From Octopus vulgaris (lineage: Eukaryota): DNA of 64,000 nt. Location: positions 2,976,001 to 3,040,000 of the forward strand of contig OX597837.1 of the NCBI GenBank assembly GCA_951406725.2, given 5' to 3'. Both the position numbers and the translations under genes were made by a program. Under the pieces are notes generated by a model. The model was not told the origin of the DNA. It worked only from the letters and a program-made list of their open reading frames with translations, and made no database searches. Below, piece by piece: positions 12,234 through 24,786 of this stretch; position 1 is the first letter of the stretch; each line of letters begins with the position of its first letter.

Positions 12234-12699
12234 GTCTTTAGGAAAAACAAAAAAAAGTTTGTCACAGAACACCTTATGTAAAATTGTTCCCTCATCAAAA
12301 CATATTTTTCTTGTTTCCTCTTCTATATATTCCCATAGTGATGGAAGTTGTTCTACTGATATATTTCCATTGATACATATATATATATATGATGGTTGTA
12401 AACACCTTTACAAAATTATCCAAGATTAATCAGTTTTACAAAATCGTCATCTACATATTCCGGAAGAAAAAAGTTTTTGTTAATCTCAGTTTGGAAGAAA
12501 TATTTTCTCTAATTCACCACAGATTAATAAAATCTGGGTTATATCTGTTCTGTGTAACATCTTTTAGTCTTTAGCAGATGATAAACATTGGTGAAGCATC
12601 TGATGCGAAAGAATTTTATGCAAGTGTCATTTGATAGGCTGAAATGAAAGAGAAACGGAATAAGATAAGGAGGATACTTAAAGAGGAATATATTTCTTT

Positions 12700-13535
12700 T
12701 TTACTTGTTACGTCTGGAAGTGCAAGAATTCATGGATTTTGCAAAGGTCATGAAACTGGTGAACTTGATGGGATTAATGTTCCATTTGAACTGTGGTAAG
12801 TCAAGACCTGCAGGAAAAACATAAGCAGAGAGGAGAGAGGTGGGATCTTTTCGGTTTGAACGGCAGTTTTTAAAAATAATTTCCACGTAACTAAACACTT
12901 TTTAACTTTGTATACTGGTAGAATGTGTTTATAAAACATCGTTTTCTCTTGGCTTTATGGAGAAAATTCTATAGTTTATAAGATATTTGTTGTTGTTTTT
13001 TTCTTCAATTTCTGCAATTTCAACTAATCAATGACGTCTATTGAGGTGAAAACATTCTGTGCCGTATGAATATGTCCCTCGTTTAAGAGACAGATTGGGT
13101 TTATTTACATTTCTGAACAAAAAAAGATACCCTTCCCCCCAGCCCTAACACTAAAACAGATTGAAATGCAATAGATCGATACTAGGGTCATAATTATGGG
13201 TGACAATTTCATATGACACAGCAAGAAAAAAATGCCGTTCAAACCGAAAAGATCCGAGAGGCGATAATTTGGGTTGGAAGGATAGAGATAGGGGTCACAG
13301 CCAAGCTGGGCGGGTTTGGGCACATAGATGACGAGAGATGGAGAGACAAGTGGATTGAGTGTGTCTCAATAATGGAGGTACTAGAACAACCAGCTTCAAG
13401 GAACAGCAGCTACAGCAGTAGCTGAAGGAAAGAAAGAGACTACGTCTGTGGGTCAGAGGCTGGAGTCGAGCATCTAGATGTAACTTCGGATATCTGTCTA
13501 CGTGACAGTAGCCTTCTCAGAAGCAGGAACAAAAT
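12700..13535 (-). mobile_element. Decayed CR1/Jockey-group LINE 3' fragment split by a MITE
   Basis: Minus-strand translation LQPLTHRR...SLLSAYVFPAGLDLPQFKWNIN resembles LINE ORF2 C-termini. Confidence 0.45.
12843..13255. mobile_element. MITE family M1 (28-bp TIR GGATCTTTTCGGTTTGAACGGCAG, 8-bp TSD)
   Basis: TIRs at both ends; TSD gagaggtg/gagaggcg. Confidence 0.85.
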
Positions 13536-13537
13536 TC

Positions 13538-13981
13538 GGATCTTTTCGGTTTGAACGGCATTTTTTTCTTGCTGTGTCATATGAAATTGTCACCCATAAT
13601 TATGACCCTAGTATCGATCTATTGCATTTCAATCTGTTTTAGGGTTAGGAGTGGGGGAAGGGTATCTCTTTTTTTCTTCACAAATGTAAATAAACCCAAT
13701 CTGTTTCTTAAACGAGGGACATATTCATACGGCACAGAATGCTTTTTACCTCAATAGACGTCAGTGATTGGTTGAAATTGCAGAAATTGAAGAAAAAAGA
13801 CAACAAATATCTTGTTTTTTTTCTTCAATTTCTGCAATTTCTTCCAAACTATAGAATTTTCTCAATAAAGCCAAGAGAAAAAGGTGTTTTATAAACACAT
13901 TCTACCAGTATATGAAGTTTAAAATTTTTTAGTTGCATGGAAACCGCTAGAAAAAAACTGCCGTTCAAACCGAAAAGATCC
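13538..13981. mobile_element. MITE family M1
   Basis: TIRs and perfect TSD caaaattc; opposite orientation to the copy at 12843. Confidence 0.88.
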
Positions 13982-14667
13982 CAAAATTCTATTGTGGGCC
14001 TCACATGAACTTTGTAGAGGACCAGCAATTGTTGTTGGGAGGTGGGGGTGAAATATTTTCTGGCTTTAAGTACCTGTTTTGGGATATGCTTTCGTCAGGG
14101 AAGCATTCCTCCCTAACTAAATGCCGGGCTTGCTATCGCTAAGGAGTATCTTCTGCGATAGCGAGGCCCAACATTTGGTTTGGGAGGGGTGAAGGATTAT
14201 ATCTGTTTCTTTATTGCCCACAAGGGGCTAAACATAGAGGGGATAAACAAGGACAGAAAAACGGATTAAGTCGATCACATCAACCCCAGTGTGTAACTGC
14301 TACTTAATTTATTGACCCCGAAAGGATGAAAGGCAAAGCAGACCTCAGCGGAATTTGAACTCAGAACGTGATGGCAGATGAAATACGGCTACGCATTTCG
14401 CCTGGCGTGCTAACGATTCTGCCAGCTCGCCGCCTTTACCTCCAAAGAAGGCGTTGTCAGACTTCGCAAACAAAAACTGATGTACAGAAGAAAAGAAGTG
14501 GCAGGGACAAAACGAAACCATGGGGGTCATACCAAAATTGATTGTGGAACAGGAAGGGCCCAGTCAACACATGCTGCAGTTGTGTAATTTGATAGGAAAG
14601 TAGCGATCTCTTGGATCGGTAGTTTAAAAGTTGAGATTTAACATTGGAAGCTTAGTAACTATATTTC

Positions 14668-15283
14668 TGTACTACTAGCGAACAGTGGTCCCGGTGCGCG
14701 CCCTCGCGCCAGCTAGTCATGACTAGTCGATCCTTACTTTGTGTTTTTGTGTTATTTACTTTGTTAAAAAAATTATTTACTTTACTCTTTTACTTGTTTC
14801 AGTTATTTGACTGCGGCCATGCTGGAGCACTGCCTTTAGTCGAGGAGATCAACTCCGGGACTTATTCTTTGTAAGCCCAGTACTTATTCTACAGGTCTCT
14901 TATGCCGAACCGCTAAGTGATGAGGACGTAAACACACCAGCATCGGGACAAACACACACACACAAACACGACAGGCTTCTTTCAGTTTCCATCTACCAAA
15001 TCCACTCACAAGGCATTGGTCGGCCCGGGGCTATAGCAGAAGACACTTGCCCAAGGTGCCACGCAGTGGGACTGAACCAGGAACCATGTGGTTGGTTAGC
15101 AAGCTACTTACCACACAGCCACTCCTGCGCCTCCTACTTTGTTTAACAAAAATTATTTACTTTGTGTAAAAAAATTATTTATTTTGTGTTTTATTTACTT
15201 TGCCAGGCAGTCGTTTAGGATCGACTACTTACGACTAGCTAGCGCCGATGCGCGCACCGGGACCACTGTTCGCTAGTAGTACC
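14668..15283. mobile_element. Merlin-like MITE family M2 (TIR GGTACTACTAGCGAACAGTGGTCCCGGTGCGCG, 9-bp TSD) containing a family A SINE (~14785-15132, -)
   Basis: Long TIRs; TSD ctatatttc at 14659-14667 and 15284-15292. Confidence 0.8.
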
Positions 15284-15300
15284 CTATATTTCTATAATCT

Positions 15301-15532
15301 TATTTCTTTATTACCCACAAGGGGCTAAACACAGAGAGGACAAACAAGGACAGACAGACGGATTAAGTCGATTACATCGACCCCAGTGCGTAACTGGTAC
15401 TTAATTTATCGACCCCGAAAGGATGAAAGGCAAAGTCGACCTCGGCGGAATTTGAACTCAGAACGTAACGGCAGACGAAATACCACTAAGCATTTCGCCC
15501 GGCGTGCTAACGTTTCTGCCAGCTCGCCGCCT
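15301..15532 (-). mobile_element. Full-length SINE family B
   Basis: Complete head (ggcggcgagctggcagaaacgttagc) through tail; 16-bp TSD tatatttctataatct. Confidence 0.9.
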
Positions 15533-15822
15533 TATATTTCTATAATCTATTGATTAATTGTAAATATAAACTTTTACCTGAATCGTTCGCCTCTAAAGCT
15601 TCTTCCAGTACAGAATCGAAAATATACAAATGAACTGATGGATGAATATATTAAGGTATTTATATATACGATTATCTCGTAGATAACAGCATTATTTTTA
15701 CCTGACTTCATATAATTCTTGTTAAATTGTTTTGGTGATGCTTAATCTATGTTGGCATGTGCTCAATATCCGGTTGAGCATGCGCAAAACGTGAGAAAAC
15801 TATTCAATAAGTAAACAGAAGG

Positions 15823-16045
15823 GGTACTAGTAGCGAACAGTGGTCCCGGTGCGCGCACTCGCATATCCGAGCTAGCTAGTCGTGACTAGTCGATCCTACA
15901 ACGACTACTTAGCAAAGTAAATAAAATACAAAATAATCTTTTTTAAATAAAGTAAATAAAACACAAAGTAAGGATCGACAAGTCACGACTAGCTATCGCG
16001 GATGCGCGTGTACGCGCACCGGGACCGCTTTTCTTAAGTAGTACC
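15823..16045. mobile_element. Merlin-like MITE family M2
   Basis: Same TIR as 14668 and 41333. Followed by a tandem SINE B dimer (16046-16385, -). Confidence 0.75.
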
Positions 16046-17233
16046 TATTTCTTTACTACCCACAAGGGGCTAAACACAGAGGGGACAAACAAGGACAGAC
16101 AGACGGATTAAGCCGATTATATCGACTCGAACCTGAAAGGATGAAAGGCAAAGTCGACCTCGGCGGAATTTGAACTCAGAACGTAGCGGCAGACGAAATA
16201 CCTATTTCTTTACTACCCACAAGGGGCTAAAACACAGAGGGGACAAACAAGGACAGACATAGGTATTAAGTCGATTACATCGACCCCAGTGCGTAATTGG
16301 TACTTAATTTATCGACACCGAAAGGATGAAAGGCAAAGTCGACCACGGCGGAATTTGAACTCAGAACGTAGCGGCAGACGAAATACTTGAAATGCAATAG
16401 ATCGATACTAGGGTCATAATTATGTGTGACAATTTTATATGACACCACTAGAAAAAACTGCCGGTCAAACCGAAAAGATCCAAGAAATGTTCAGTCTGCC
16501 CACCCAGGGGTCTGTGCATTGAGCCCCAATGATTGTTTTTGTGGTCTTGGATAGCAGGAACATGTCTGGTCACAGTGATGTTATCATATTGATCAACATC
16601 AATGGAAATTGTAGCTGTGATACCAGTCCCAGTGGCACATAAGAGAACCATCCAAACGTGGCTGTTGCCAGCACCGCCCCGACTAGCATCCTTGCCGGTG
16701 GCACGCAAAAAGCACCATCCGATCGTGACTGTTTGCCAGCCTCGTCTGGCCTCTGTACCGGTGGCACGTAAAAAGCACCATCCAATTGTGGCCGTTTGCC
16801 ACCCTCGTCTGGCACCTGTGCCAGTGGCACGTAAAAAGCACCCACTACACTCACGGAGTGGATGGCGTAAGGAAGGGCATCCAGCTGTAGAAACACTACC
16901 AGATCAGACTGGGCTTGGTGCAGCCTTTTGGCTTCCCAGACCCCAGTTGAACCGTCCAACCCATGCTAGCTTGGAAAGTGGACGTTAAATGATGATGATG
17001 ATGATGATAGCTTGAAATTCCAAGAACATCGTAACACATTATGAGAATTCTATGCAACTTTGCCCGTGTATTAATTGGAAATTTCGCCCATTCTAAAAAC
17101 ATGGTTATCTCCCTTGTATTGACGGCCATAAACAGATGCAAACGCAGGCAGCTTTTATTTTCTCAAGAGATAAATAATTAGAAGCATTTCTACATATTTC
17201 TCCAATGATTTTTGTGTCTCTAAGTCCTACAGA

Positions 17234-17603
17234 AGCTTGAGAGGCGGTTGGATGGAACCTACACTCGCCTACTTATGAGAGCTTAAAATCTCTCGTGGAA
17301 GCGTCATCCAACCAAAATGCAAATATTTGGGAAACTACCACCTGTGTCATCTCTTGTGGAAGGTAGGAGAGTCCAGTTTGCTGGACATTGTTGTAGAGCT
17401 GAAAACGAGGCAATTTCTGCTCTTCTCCTCTGGAAGCCATCTACTCGCGATACCAGAGGGTGCACACTCTCCTACCCTGATGTAATCTCCAGGGATACAG
17501 GCATCCAGCAACAGGACCTCTGTAATGCTATGATGGACCGTGAAGTCTGGCGTAGCATAGTAAATTCCATTGTCTCGACCACGGTCGAACAATGATGATG
17601 ATG
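17234..17603 (+). mobile_element. 5'-truncated RTE/RTE-X LINE
   Basis: ORF ...RRVQFAGHCCRA...MMDREVWRSIV; (GAT)n tail; 12-bp TSD aagtcctacaga; empty site in the paralog at 45316-45327. Related fragment at 28633-28735. Confidence 0.85.
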
Positions 17604-19536
17604 AAGTCCTACAGAGTGAAAGCAAAGACACAGAGACGACTATAAAATATAACAATGTGCAGCATCTAACAGAAATGCATGTGCAGAATTAATTCTTGAT
17701 GCTGTGAAAGTCGATTTAATCAATGCTCGATGTGTGAAGGCGATGTAGCAGGTACAGCGCGGCTGCAATTAAGATGCTTGCCTCCCAACCACATAGTTTC
17801 AGGTTCAATCCCATTACAGGATACACTGGGCAAGTGCAGCCTTGGGCTGACCAAAGCCATGCGAGTGAATTTGGTAGACTGCAACTGGAAGAGACTCATA
17901 CATATATATAAAAATACAGGTGCAACAATGGAAAAGTGGATGCTAAAATGATGCTTACCCAGTATTGAGTCCTTATTCCATGCAGTCACATAAAACAAAA
18001 TCCAACACAGAAATAGTACAAATAGATTTTAATTGGGATAATTTACATTTCACATTAAATTGAATTCATAAATTAACAATCATCATCATCATCAACGTCC
18101 CCTTTCCATGCTGGTATGGGTTGGACAGTTTGACTGGGCTGGCATGCTGGAAGGCTGCGCCAGGCTCTATTCTAATTCGGCATGGTTTTCTATGGCTGTA
18201 TGCCCTTAATGCCAACCTCTCCAAGAGTGTAGCGGGTGCTATTAGCATGGCACCAGACTGCACTTACATGCCACTGACATGGGTGCCAATTTGTGTGAAA
18301 CTGGTATCTGCCAAGACTGTGATTTTGTTTGGCTTGATGGGTCTTCTTTTCAAGCATGACATAATGCCAAAGGTCTTGGTCAGTGCTTCCGTGAGGGCCC
18401 AACATCTGAAAGGAACTTGACCACTTTGCCTCCATGCGACCCAAAACTCACATTTTGGCACAAAACCAGCAATTTCGGAAGAGGGAATAAATCGATTACA
18501 TCGACCCCAGGGCTCAGCTGATATTTATTCTCATCTGGCCTTCGTGCTGGTGGCACGTAAAAAGCACCATCCGATCGTGGCCGTTTGCCAGACTCATCTG
18601 GCACCTGTGCAGGGGGCACGTAAAAAGCACCCACTACACTCACGGAGTGGTTGGCGTTAGGAAGGGCATCCAGCTGTAGAAACACTGCCAGATCAGACTG
18701 GGCCTGGCACAGCCTTCTGGCTTCCCAGACCCCAGTTGAACCGTCCAACCCATGCTAACATGGAAAATGGACGTTAAACGATGATGATGATGATGATGAA
18801 GGCAAAGCAAACCTTGGTGGAATAATTGATTCGTTAAATATTAGAAACCAATTTTCCCAAAGAAAAACCAATCCATACAAATCAAACTCATAAAATAAAG
18901 AAAGGTTATATGTTTTAAAAGGAAGAGCATGTCAGAGAAAAGAAAGAAAGGACAAAGAAAAGCACAGCATCCAACGAAGAAGAAGAGGGTGGATATATGG
19001 AAAATAAAGGAAGAGTCTGCTGGTGTCATCCGTTTCTCATTCATTAAATCATTAGCAAAATCGATCCTTTTAGATTCTGTTTTACATTCAAGCTTGTTTG
19101 CACATAATTCATTTTGTATAATTCTTCTGCATTCACCACAATATACAGATGTGTTTCATTTGAATATGAGACATTTTGGTACTTCTGTTTTGATGTCACT
19201 GCTTCCATACTGACCTATTTGATGGCAAAGGTTTTATAGAAGCAACTGTGAGTCTTCCACACACACAAAGAAAAAAAAAACTTGCTCAGGCCTATACCTA
19301 CAGATGCAGGTAAATGATCAATTTTGAGCAATGGCAAACCCTGTCTACCCACCCAGAAAGAAAAATAATTTGTAATAAATAAACATACAGAATGATTATT
19401 AGGGTGACTCCTAATTAGTGACCATAGAGTCTGGTGGGGAAAAAAAATTGATGGAAAAATAATTTAGTTTCTATTTTTAATATACGCTGGTAGTGTATAT
19501 TAAAATTGTTGCGTTTGAAAGGCTCATAGTCACAAA

Positions 19537-19920
19537 GGCGCAGGAGTGGGTGTGTGGTAAGTAACTTGCTTACCAACCACATGGTTCTGGGTTCAGTCCC
19601 ACTGTGTGGCACCTTGGGCAAGTGTCTTCTACTATAACTTCGAGCAGACCCAAAGCCTTGTGAGTGGATTTGGTATTGGAAACTGAAATAAACCCGTTGT
19701 GTATATATATGTGTGGGTGTGTGTGTGTGTTTGTCCCACCAACATCGCTTGACAACTGATGCTGGTATGTTTACATCCCTGTAACTTAGCAGTTCGGCAA
19801 AAGAGACCGATAGAATAAGTACTAGGCTTCCAAAGAATAAGTCCTGGGGTTGATTTGCTCGACTAAAGGCAGTGCTCCAGCATGGCCACAGTCAAATGAC
19901 TGAAACAAGTAAAAGAGTAA
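19537..19920 (+). mobile_element. SINE family A
   Basis: Full-length match to 2557-2953. Confidence 0.85.
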
Positions 19921-20054
19921 ACTAGGAATGCACGAAATGAAGTCTGCATTCCCAAAGCAGAATATGTGGAAAGCAACTGATTATTGATTGGTTAGAAATA
20001 GTCATGTGATGTGCAGAATCAATCAATCTGTGATGGACCAGATGCACGTTTAGA

Positions 20055-20457
20055 AGATCTTTTCCTTTTGAACGGCACTTCGTATGAAATTGTCACCCAT
20101 AATTATAACCCTAGTATCGATCTATTGCATTTCTATCTATTTTAGATTTAGGGTTAAGGGTTGGGGAAGGGTATCTTTTTTTCTTCACAAATGTAAATAA
20201 ACCCAATCTGTTTCTTAAAGGAGGGACATATTCATTATGCACAGAATGTTATTTACCTAAATGGACGTCAGCAATTGGTTAAAATTGCCGAAATGCTCGA
20301 AATTAAAGACGAAATATGTTACAACATATAAAATTTTCTCAATAAAGCCAAGAAAAAAATGATGTTTTATAAACACATTGTACCAGTATACAAAGTTTAA
20401 AAGTGTTTAGTTAACTAGAAATTATGTTAAAAACTGCCGTTCAAAAGGAAAAGATCC
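20055..20457. mobile_element. MITE family M1 (variant TIR GATCTTTTCCTTTTGAACGGCA)
   Basis: TIRs and perfect 8-bp TSD cgtttaga. Confidence 0.85.
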
Positions 20458-20551
20458 CGTTTAGATTTAAGCAACTGGAAGTTAGTTGTAGAAAACTGTG
20501 ACATAAAATAATTCTATATTTATTTCAGGGAATTATTTTTGAGTGATATGG

Positions 20552-21170
20552 TTACTGCTTTTTATGAATACGTAAGTGTCTAATTAAGTGACCATCTTGA
20601 GAAAACGATTTACCACAGGTATCACAATGGTATGGCCGCTCACCTGTATGGGTGCGTTTATGGTTATTTAAATGGTCATTTCTAGAGAATAATTTCCCAC
20701 AGGTAACACAGCAATATGGCTTTTCTCCTGTATGAATACGTTTGTGTTTAGCTAAATGAACATTTTGAGAGAAAGATTTACCACAGGTAACACACTGATA
20801 TGGTTTCTCACCTGTGTGAGTGCGTTTGTGACGAATTAAATGGCAATCAAGATTAAAACATTTACCACAGACATCACAACTAAATGGCCTCTCTTCTGTA
20901 TGAATAAGTTTGTGGGTGATTAAATTACTTTTGGAGAATGATTTACCACAAATATCACAACGATATGGTCTGTCACCTGTATGAGTACGTTTGTGTTTAA
21001 TTACAGCACTGCTTCGAGAGAATGTCTTGCCACAGATGTCACAATAGAATGGCATCTCTCCTGTTTGAATACGTTTAGGAGTAGTTAAAGGATTAGGCAA
21101 TAAAAATGATTCTCCACAGACTTCACACTTGTATGGCCTCTGTCTTGTATGACTGTGTTTATGAATAATC
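20552..21170 (-). pseudogene. N-terminally truncated C2H2 zinc-finger gene (ZNF-3), 6 fingers plus 1 degenerate; possibly a pseudogene
   Basis: Fingers are colinear with ZNF-5 (both end HKKQ*). The leader and ancestral ATG are absent and an in-frame stop lies at ~21173. The ORF-track start is TTG; the first ATG is at ~21054. Confidence 0.7.
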
Positions 21171-22765
21171 TCTTATATAAAATCCGTTCTGTCTGTCTGT
21201 GTGTGTGTGTCTTCTAGGATCTCGGGCATCCTCCATCCGATTGATGTATCCGAGATACAGACGTATTTTATGCCAATGTCACCGTATATTCTGAAATAAG
21301 ACAGGAATACAAAGATATAGTTAAAAAAATCTGAAGTTCAGTCATGAATATTTTACTAAGTTCCTATATACATGCTTTCCGTACGTATACGGAAAGCGTG
21401 TATATAAAATTATAGAATTATTTTGTTTGTTAATTGTTTAAATTATTTTCCATTGCTTTCGTTTTTTTTTTTACACGCGTAACAATTAAATTAATTTAAC
21501 AATTAAGAAAAAAAAATTAGGGTTAGGGTTAGGTTGAGGGTTAGTGACAGGATGTTGTCTCAGTTTTAGATGCAGCAAATGATTTTAGCTCAAAAGAGAG
21601 CATAGGATTGGTTAAAATTCAAAAATTAAACTACGTTAAACAAACAAATTACAATTTTCTCAAGAAAGTCAAGAGAAAAAAATGTTTTATTTTGACACTA
21701 CCAATATACGAAGTTTTAAAGTGTTTAGTTAACTAGAATTTGTCTGCCGTTCAAAAGGAAAAGATCCCTTTATAATATTAGTTATTAAATATTAATGTTT
21801 GTTTTTTATAAAATGGGGTATATTTGATTTGCATTAAATTATTATTTACGATTATAATCACAAGTAACACTCAAATTCTTTTCACTTCAATGTTTTTTTT
21901 TTCTGTATTTAATTTCGTTTTGCACATTTTCGTCAATTCGCTACGATCTCTTTAAAGTAAGCAAAATCAAAAAAATTTAGATGGGATGGGTTTAAAATTT
22001 CTGGTTAATGTTTACATCTTGACCCGGAAATGAAAATAAAAAAAACCAAAAAAAAAAACCACTGGAATGGGTGTAAAACAATGTCTAGGAAACGAATATG
22101 AAAAACAAACAAAATGCGCTCAAAGCAACTTCGGAAAATTCACAAAATCCGAGTTTCCCTCTCATAATTTTTAGCAAAAATGGGGGTTTCTTTCAATGAA
22201 ATTTTATATAAATATCTTTCAAAAGGCATACATTGTGACTATAAAGTAATTTGTGGGGAAAATCTTGAAGTGGGGAGAGGACTTTGGGAAAATTCCCAAG
22301 ATCCGAATTTCTATCCACTTTCAATAATTTTTTATGTTTTGGCTTCAATTTTATTTCATTTTCAATTATTTTTACGCTTTTTTAACCCTTCATCGTTAAT
22401 CTCGTTCACTTCTTTTTTTAGCATATTTGTAATCACCGACATCTAAATCCGAAAATTTTTTTTTTCAAAAAAATGCATTTTTCAATAACTGTATTACCCC
22501 CGAAAAATAATTCGAAAAAAAAAAGTTAAAATTTAAAAGTTTGGGGTTAACAATTTTGAAAACATGGTTTTTGGCAGATTCAGAATCTCCGTCATCGAAA
22601 CATAGGAATCCTCTGAAAAAATTTCAAAAAAAAAGAAAGAAAAAAAGGGTCGATTTTTTCGTGCCGGTATACTTGTAAACATTAACCAAAAGTCCTCTCC
22701 CAAACCCGATGATTCCACCCCACCCCACGTTTTCCGGGTACAAAAGTAATTAAAACAAAGTAAAT

Positions 22766-23145
22766 AGGCGCAGGAGTGGCTGTGTGGTAAGTAGCTTGCT
22801 TACGAACCACATGGTTCCGGGTTCAGTCCCACTGGGTGGCACCTTGGGTAAGTGTCTTCTATTATAGCCTCGGGCCGACCAAAGCCTTGTGAGTGGATTT
22901 GGTAGATGGAAACTGAAAGAAGCCCGTCGTATATATGTATGTATATATATATATGTATGTGCGTGTCTGTGTTTGTCCCCCCCAACATCGCTTGACAACC
23001 GATGCTGGTGTGTTTACGTCCCCGTAACTTGGCATTTCGGCATGAAAAACTGATAGAATAAGTACTAGGCTTACAAAGAATAAGTCCTGGGGTCGATTTG
23101 CTCCAGCATGGCCGCAGTCAAATGACTGAAACAAGTAAAAGAGTA
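22766..23145 (+). mobile_element. SINE family A
   Basis: Match to 2557-2953. Confidence 0.85.
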
Positions 23146-23759
23146 ACACACAAAAACGCAAAGTAAGGATCGACTACTCATGACTAGCAATGATTCCGGG
23201 ATGGGAGATCCGATTTTCCCCCACATTTTTTCCGAACAAAAATAAGGGGTTTGCGGAGCATTTGGAGGCCAGGGTACTTGATTCCATGCAAAAACCCTCC
23301 CCGTTTCTTCTTAGTGAAACGCATACACGTGTACCTCCCCAAATTTCCCCGAATCTCAGCCCTGAACTTACCTTTTCACAGTAAACCAGAGTCTTGTAAC
23401 TTTTCACCAAACAAACCATGAAACTGATTTCTTAGGAGCTCCCCAACATCTTTCGCCGTACATTCGTATCTCGCCGCAATTTATGTTTTTAGCCAATTTC
23501 GATATATATGTTTTTAGTATATTTAAAATAGAATGATAATTCATTGCTTATTTATTTAGTAAAAATTTACGTATATCTTATTTCACCGAGTATAACATAT
23601 AACCGGCGGTCTACGTGGATTAAAAAAAAAATTTTCGAAAAAAAAGTGAAAAATTAGGGAGCGGAGGATGAAATATAAATTTTGAAAACGTGCTGGTTTG
23701 GCAACATCGTAATCTCCTATATCAAAAACAGGAATCCCAAGAAATTTTAGAATAAATAA

Positions 23760-24112
23760 ATAGATAGATAGATAGATGGATGGATGGATGGATAGATAGA
23801 TGGATAGATAGATATGTAGAAAGATAGATAGATGGATAGATAGATGGATGGATGGATAGATAGATAGATAGGTAGAAAGATAGATAGATAGATAGATAAG
23901 TAGAAAGATAGTTAGATAGAGATAGATAGATAGATAGATAGAGATAGATAGATAGATAGATAGATATAGATAGATAGATAGATATAGATAGATAGAGATA
24001 GATAGATATATATATATAGATAGATAGATAGATAGATAGATAGAGATATCTAGATAGATAGATAGAGATAGATAGATAAATAAATAGAGATAGATAGATA
24101 GATAGATAGATA
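23760..24112. repeat. (GATA)n/(GGAT)n microsatellite
   Basis: Directly visible tetranucleotide array. Confidence 0.97.
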
Positions 24113-24321
24113 AATAAACGGAAATGGGTGGAAGTGCTTATGCTTCACTCCAGAAATATATACCTAAAAATCAAAGATCGCACACAAGGCGAATCTAAAA
24201 CTATGGGCGCCCACTAATAATTTTAGCGAAAATAACAGCTTCAAAATTTAGCACAGGGCCAGCAGTTTTTTTAGGGGAGACGACAAGTCGATTACATCGA
24301 CTGTAGTGATTCACTGGGTGC

Positions 24322-24786
24322 AGCTACGTTCTGAGTTCAAATTCCGCCGAGTTCGACTTTGCCTTTCATCCTTTCGGGGTCGATTAAATAAGTACCAGTT
24401 ACCCACTGGAGTCCATATAATCGACTTCACCCGTTTGCCTGTCCTTGTTTGTCCTCTCTGTGTTTAGCCCCTTATGGGTAGTAAAGAAATAGGTATTTAT
24501 TTCAGACTCCGAAAGGATGAAAAGCGAAGTCGACTTCAGTGGTATTACAACTGTGAGCTTAAAGAGAACAAATACCTATTTCTTTACTACCCACAAGGGG
24601 CTAAACACAGAGAGGATAAACAAGGACAGACAAACGGATTAAGCCGATTATATTGACCTCAGTGTGTAACTGGTACTTATTTAATCGACCCCGAAAGGAT
24701 GAAAGGCAAAGTCGACCTCGGCGGAATTTGAACTCAGAACGTAGCGGCAGACGAAATACGGCTAACGATTCTACCAGCTCGCCGCC
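24322..24786. mobile_element. Two SINE B copies, tail to tail
   Basis: + copy 24322-24497 and - copy 24571-24786. Confidence 0.8.

Larger units (their letters stand above)
16481..21310 (-). repeat. Inverted segmental duplication containing ZNF-3; paralogous to 35480-40630 and 42620-45720
   Basis: Colinear non-repetitive blocks, e.g. 17616-18075 matches the reverse complement of 44680-45327 and 18820-19160 matches that of 38300-38625. Confidence 0.85.

Noticed and set aside
21517-21545. Interstitial telomere or chromosome fusion site
   Set aside because: Only 3-4 degenerate TTAGGG units, and the same runs are internal parts of the M1/M2 MITEs.
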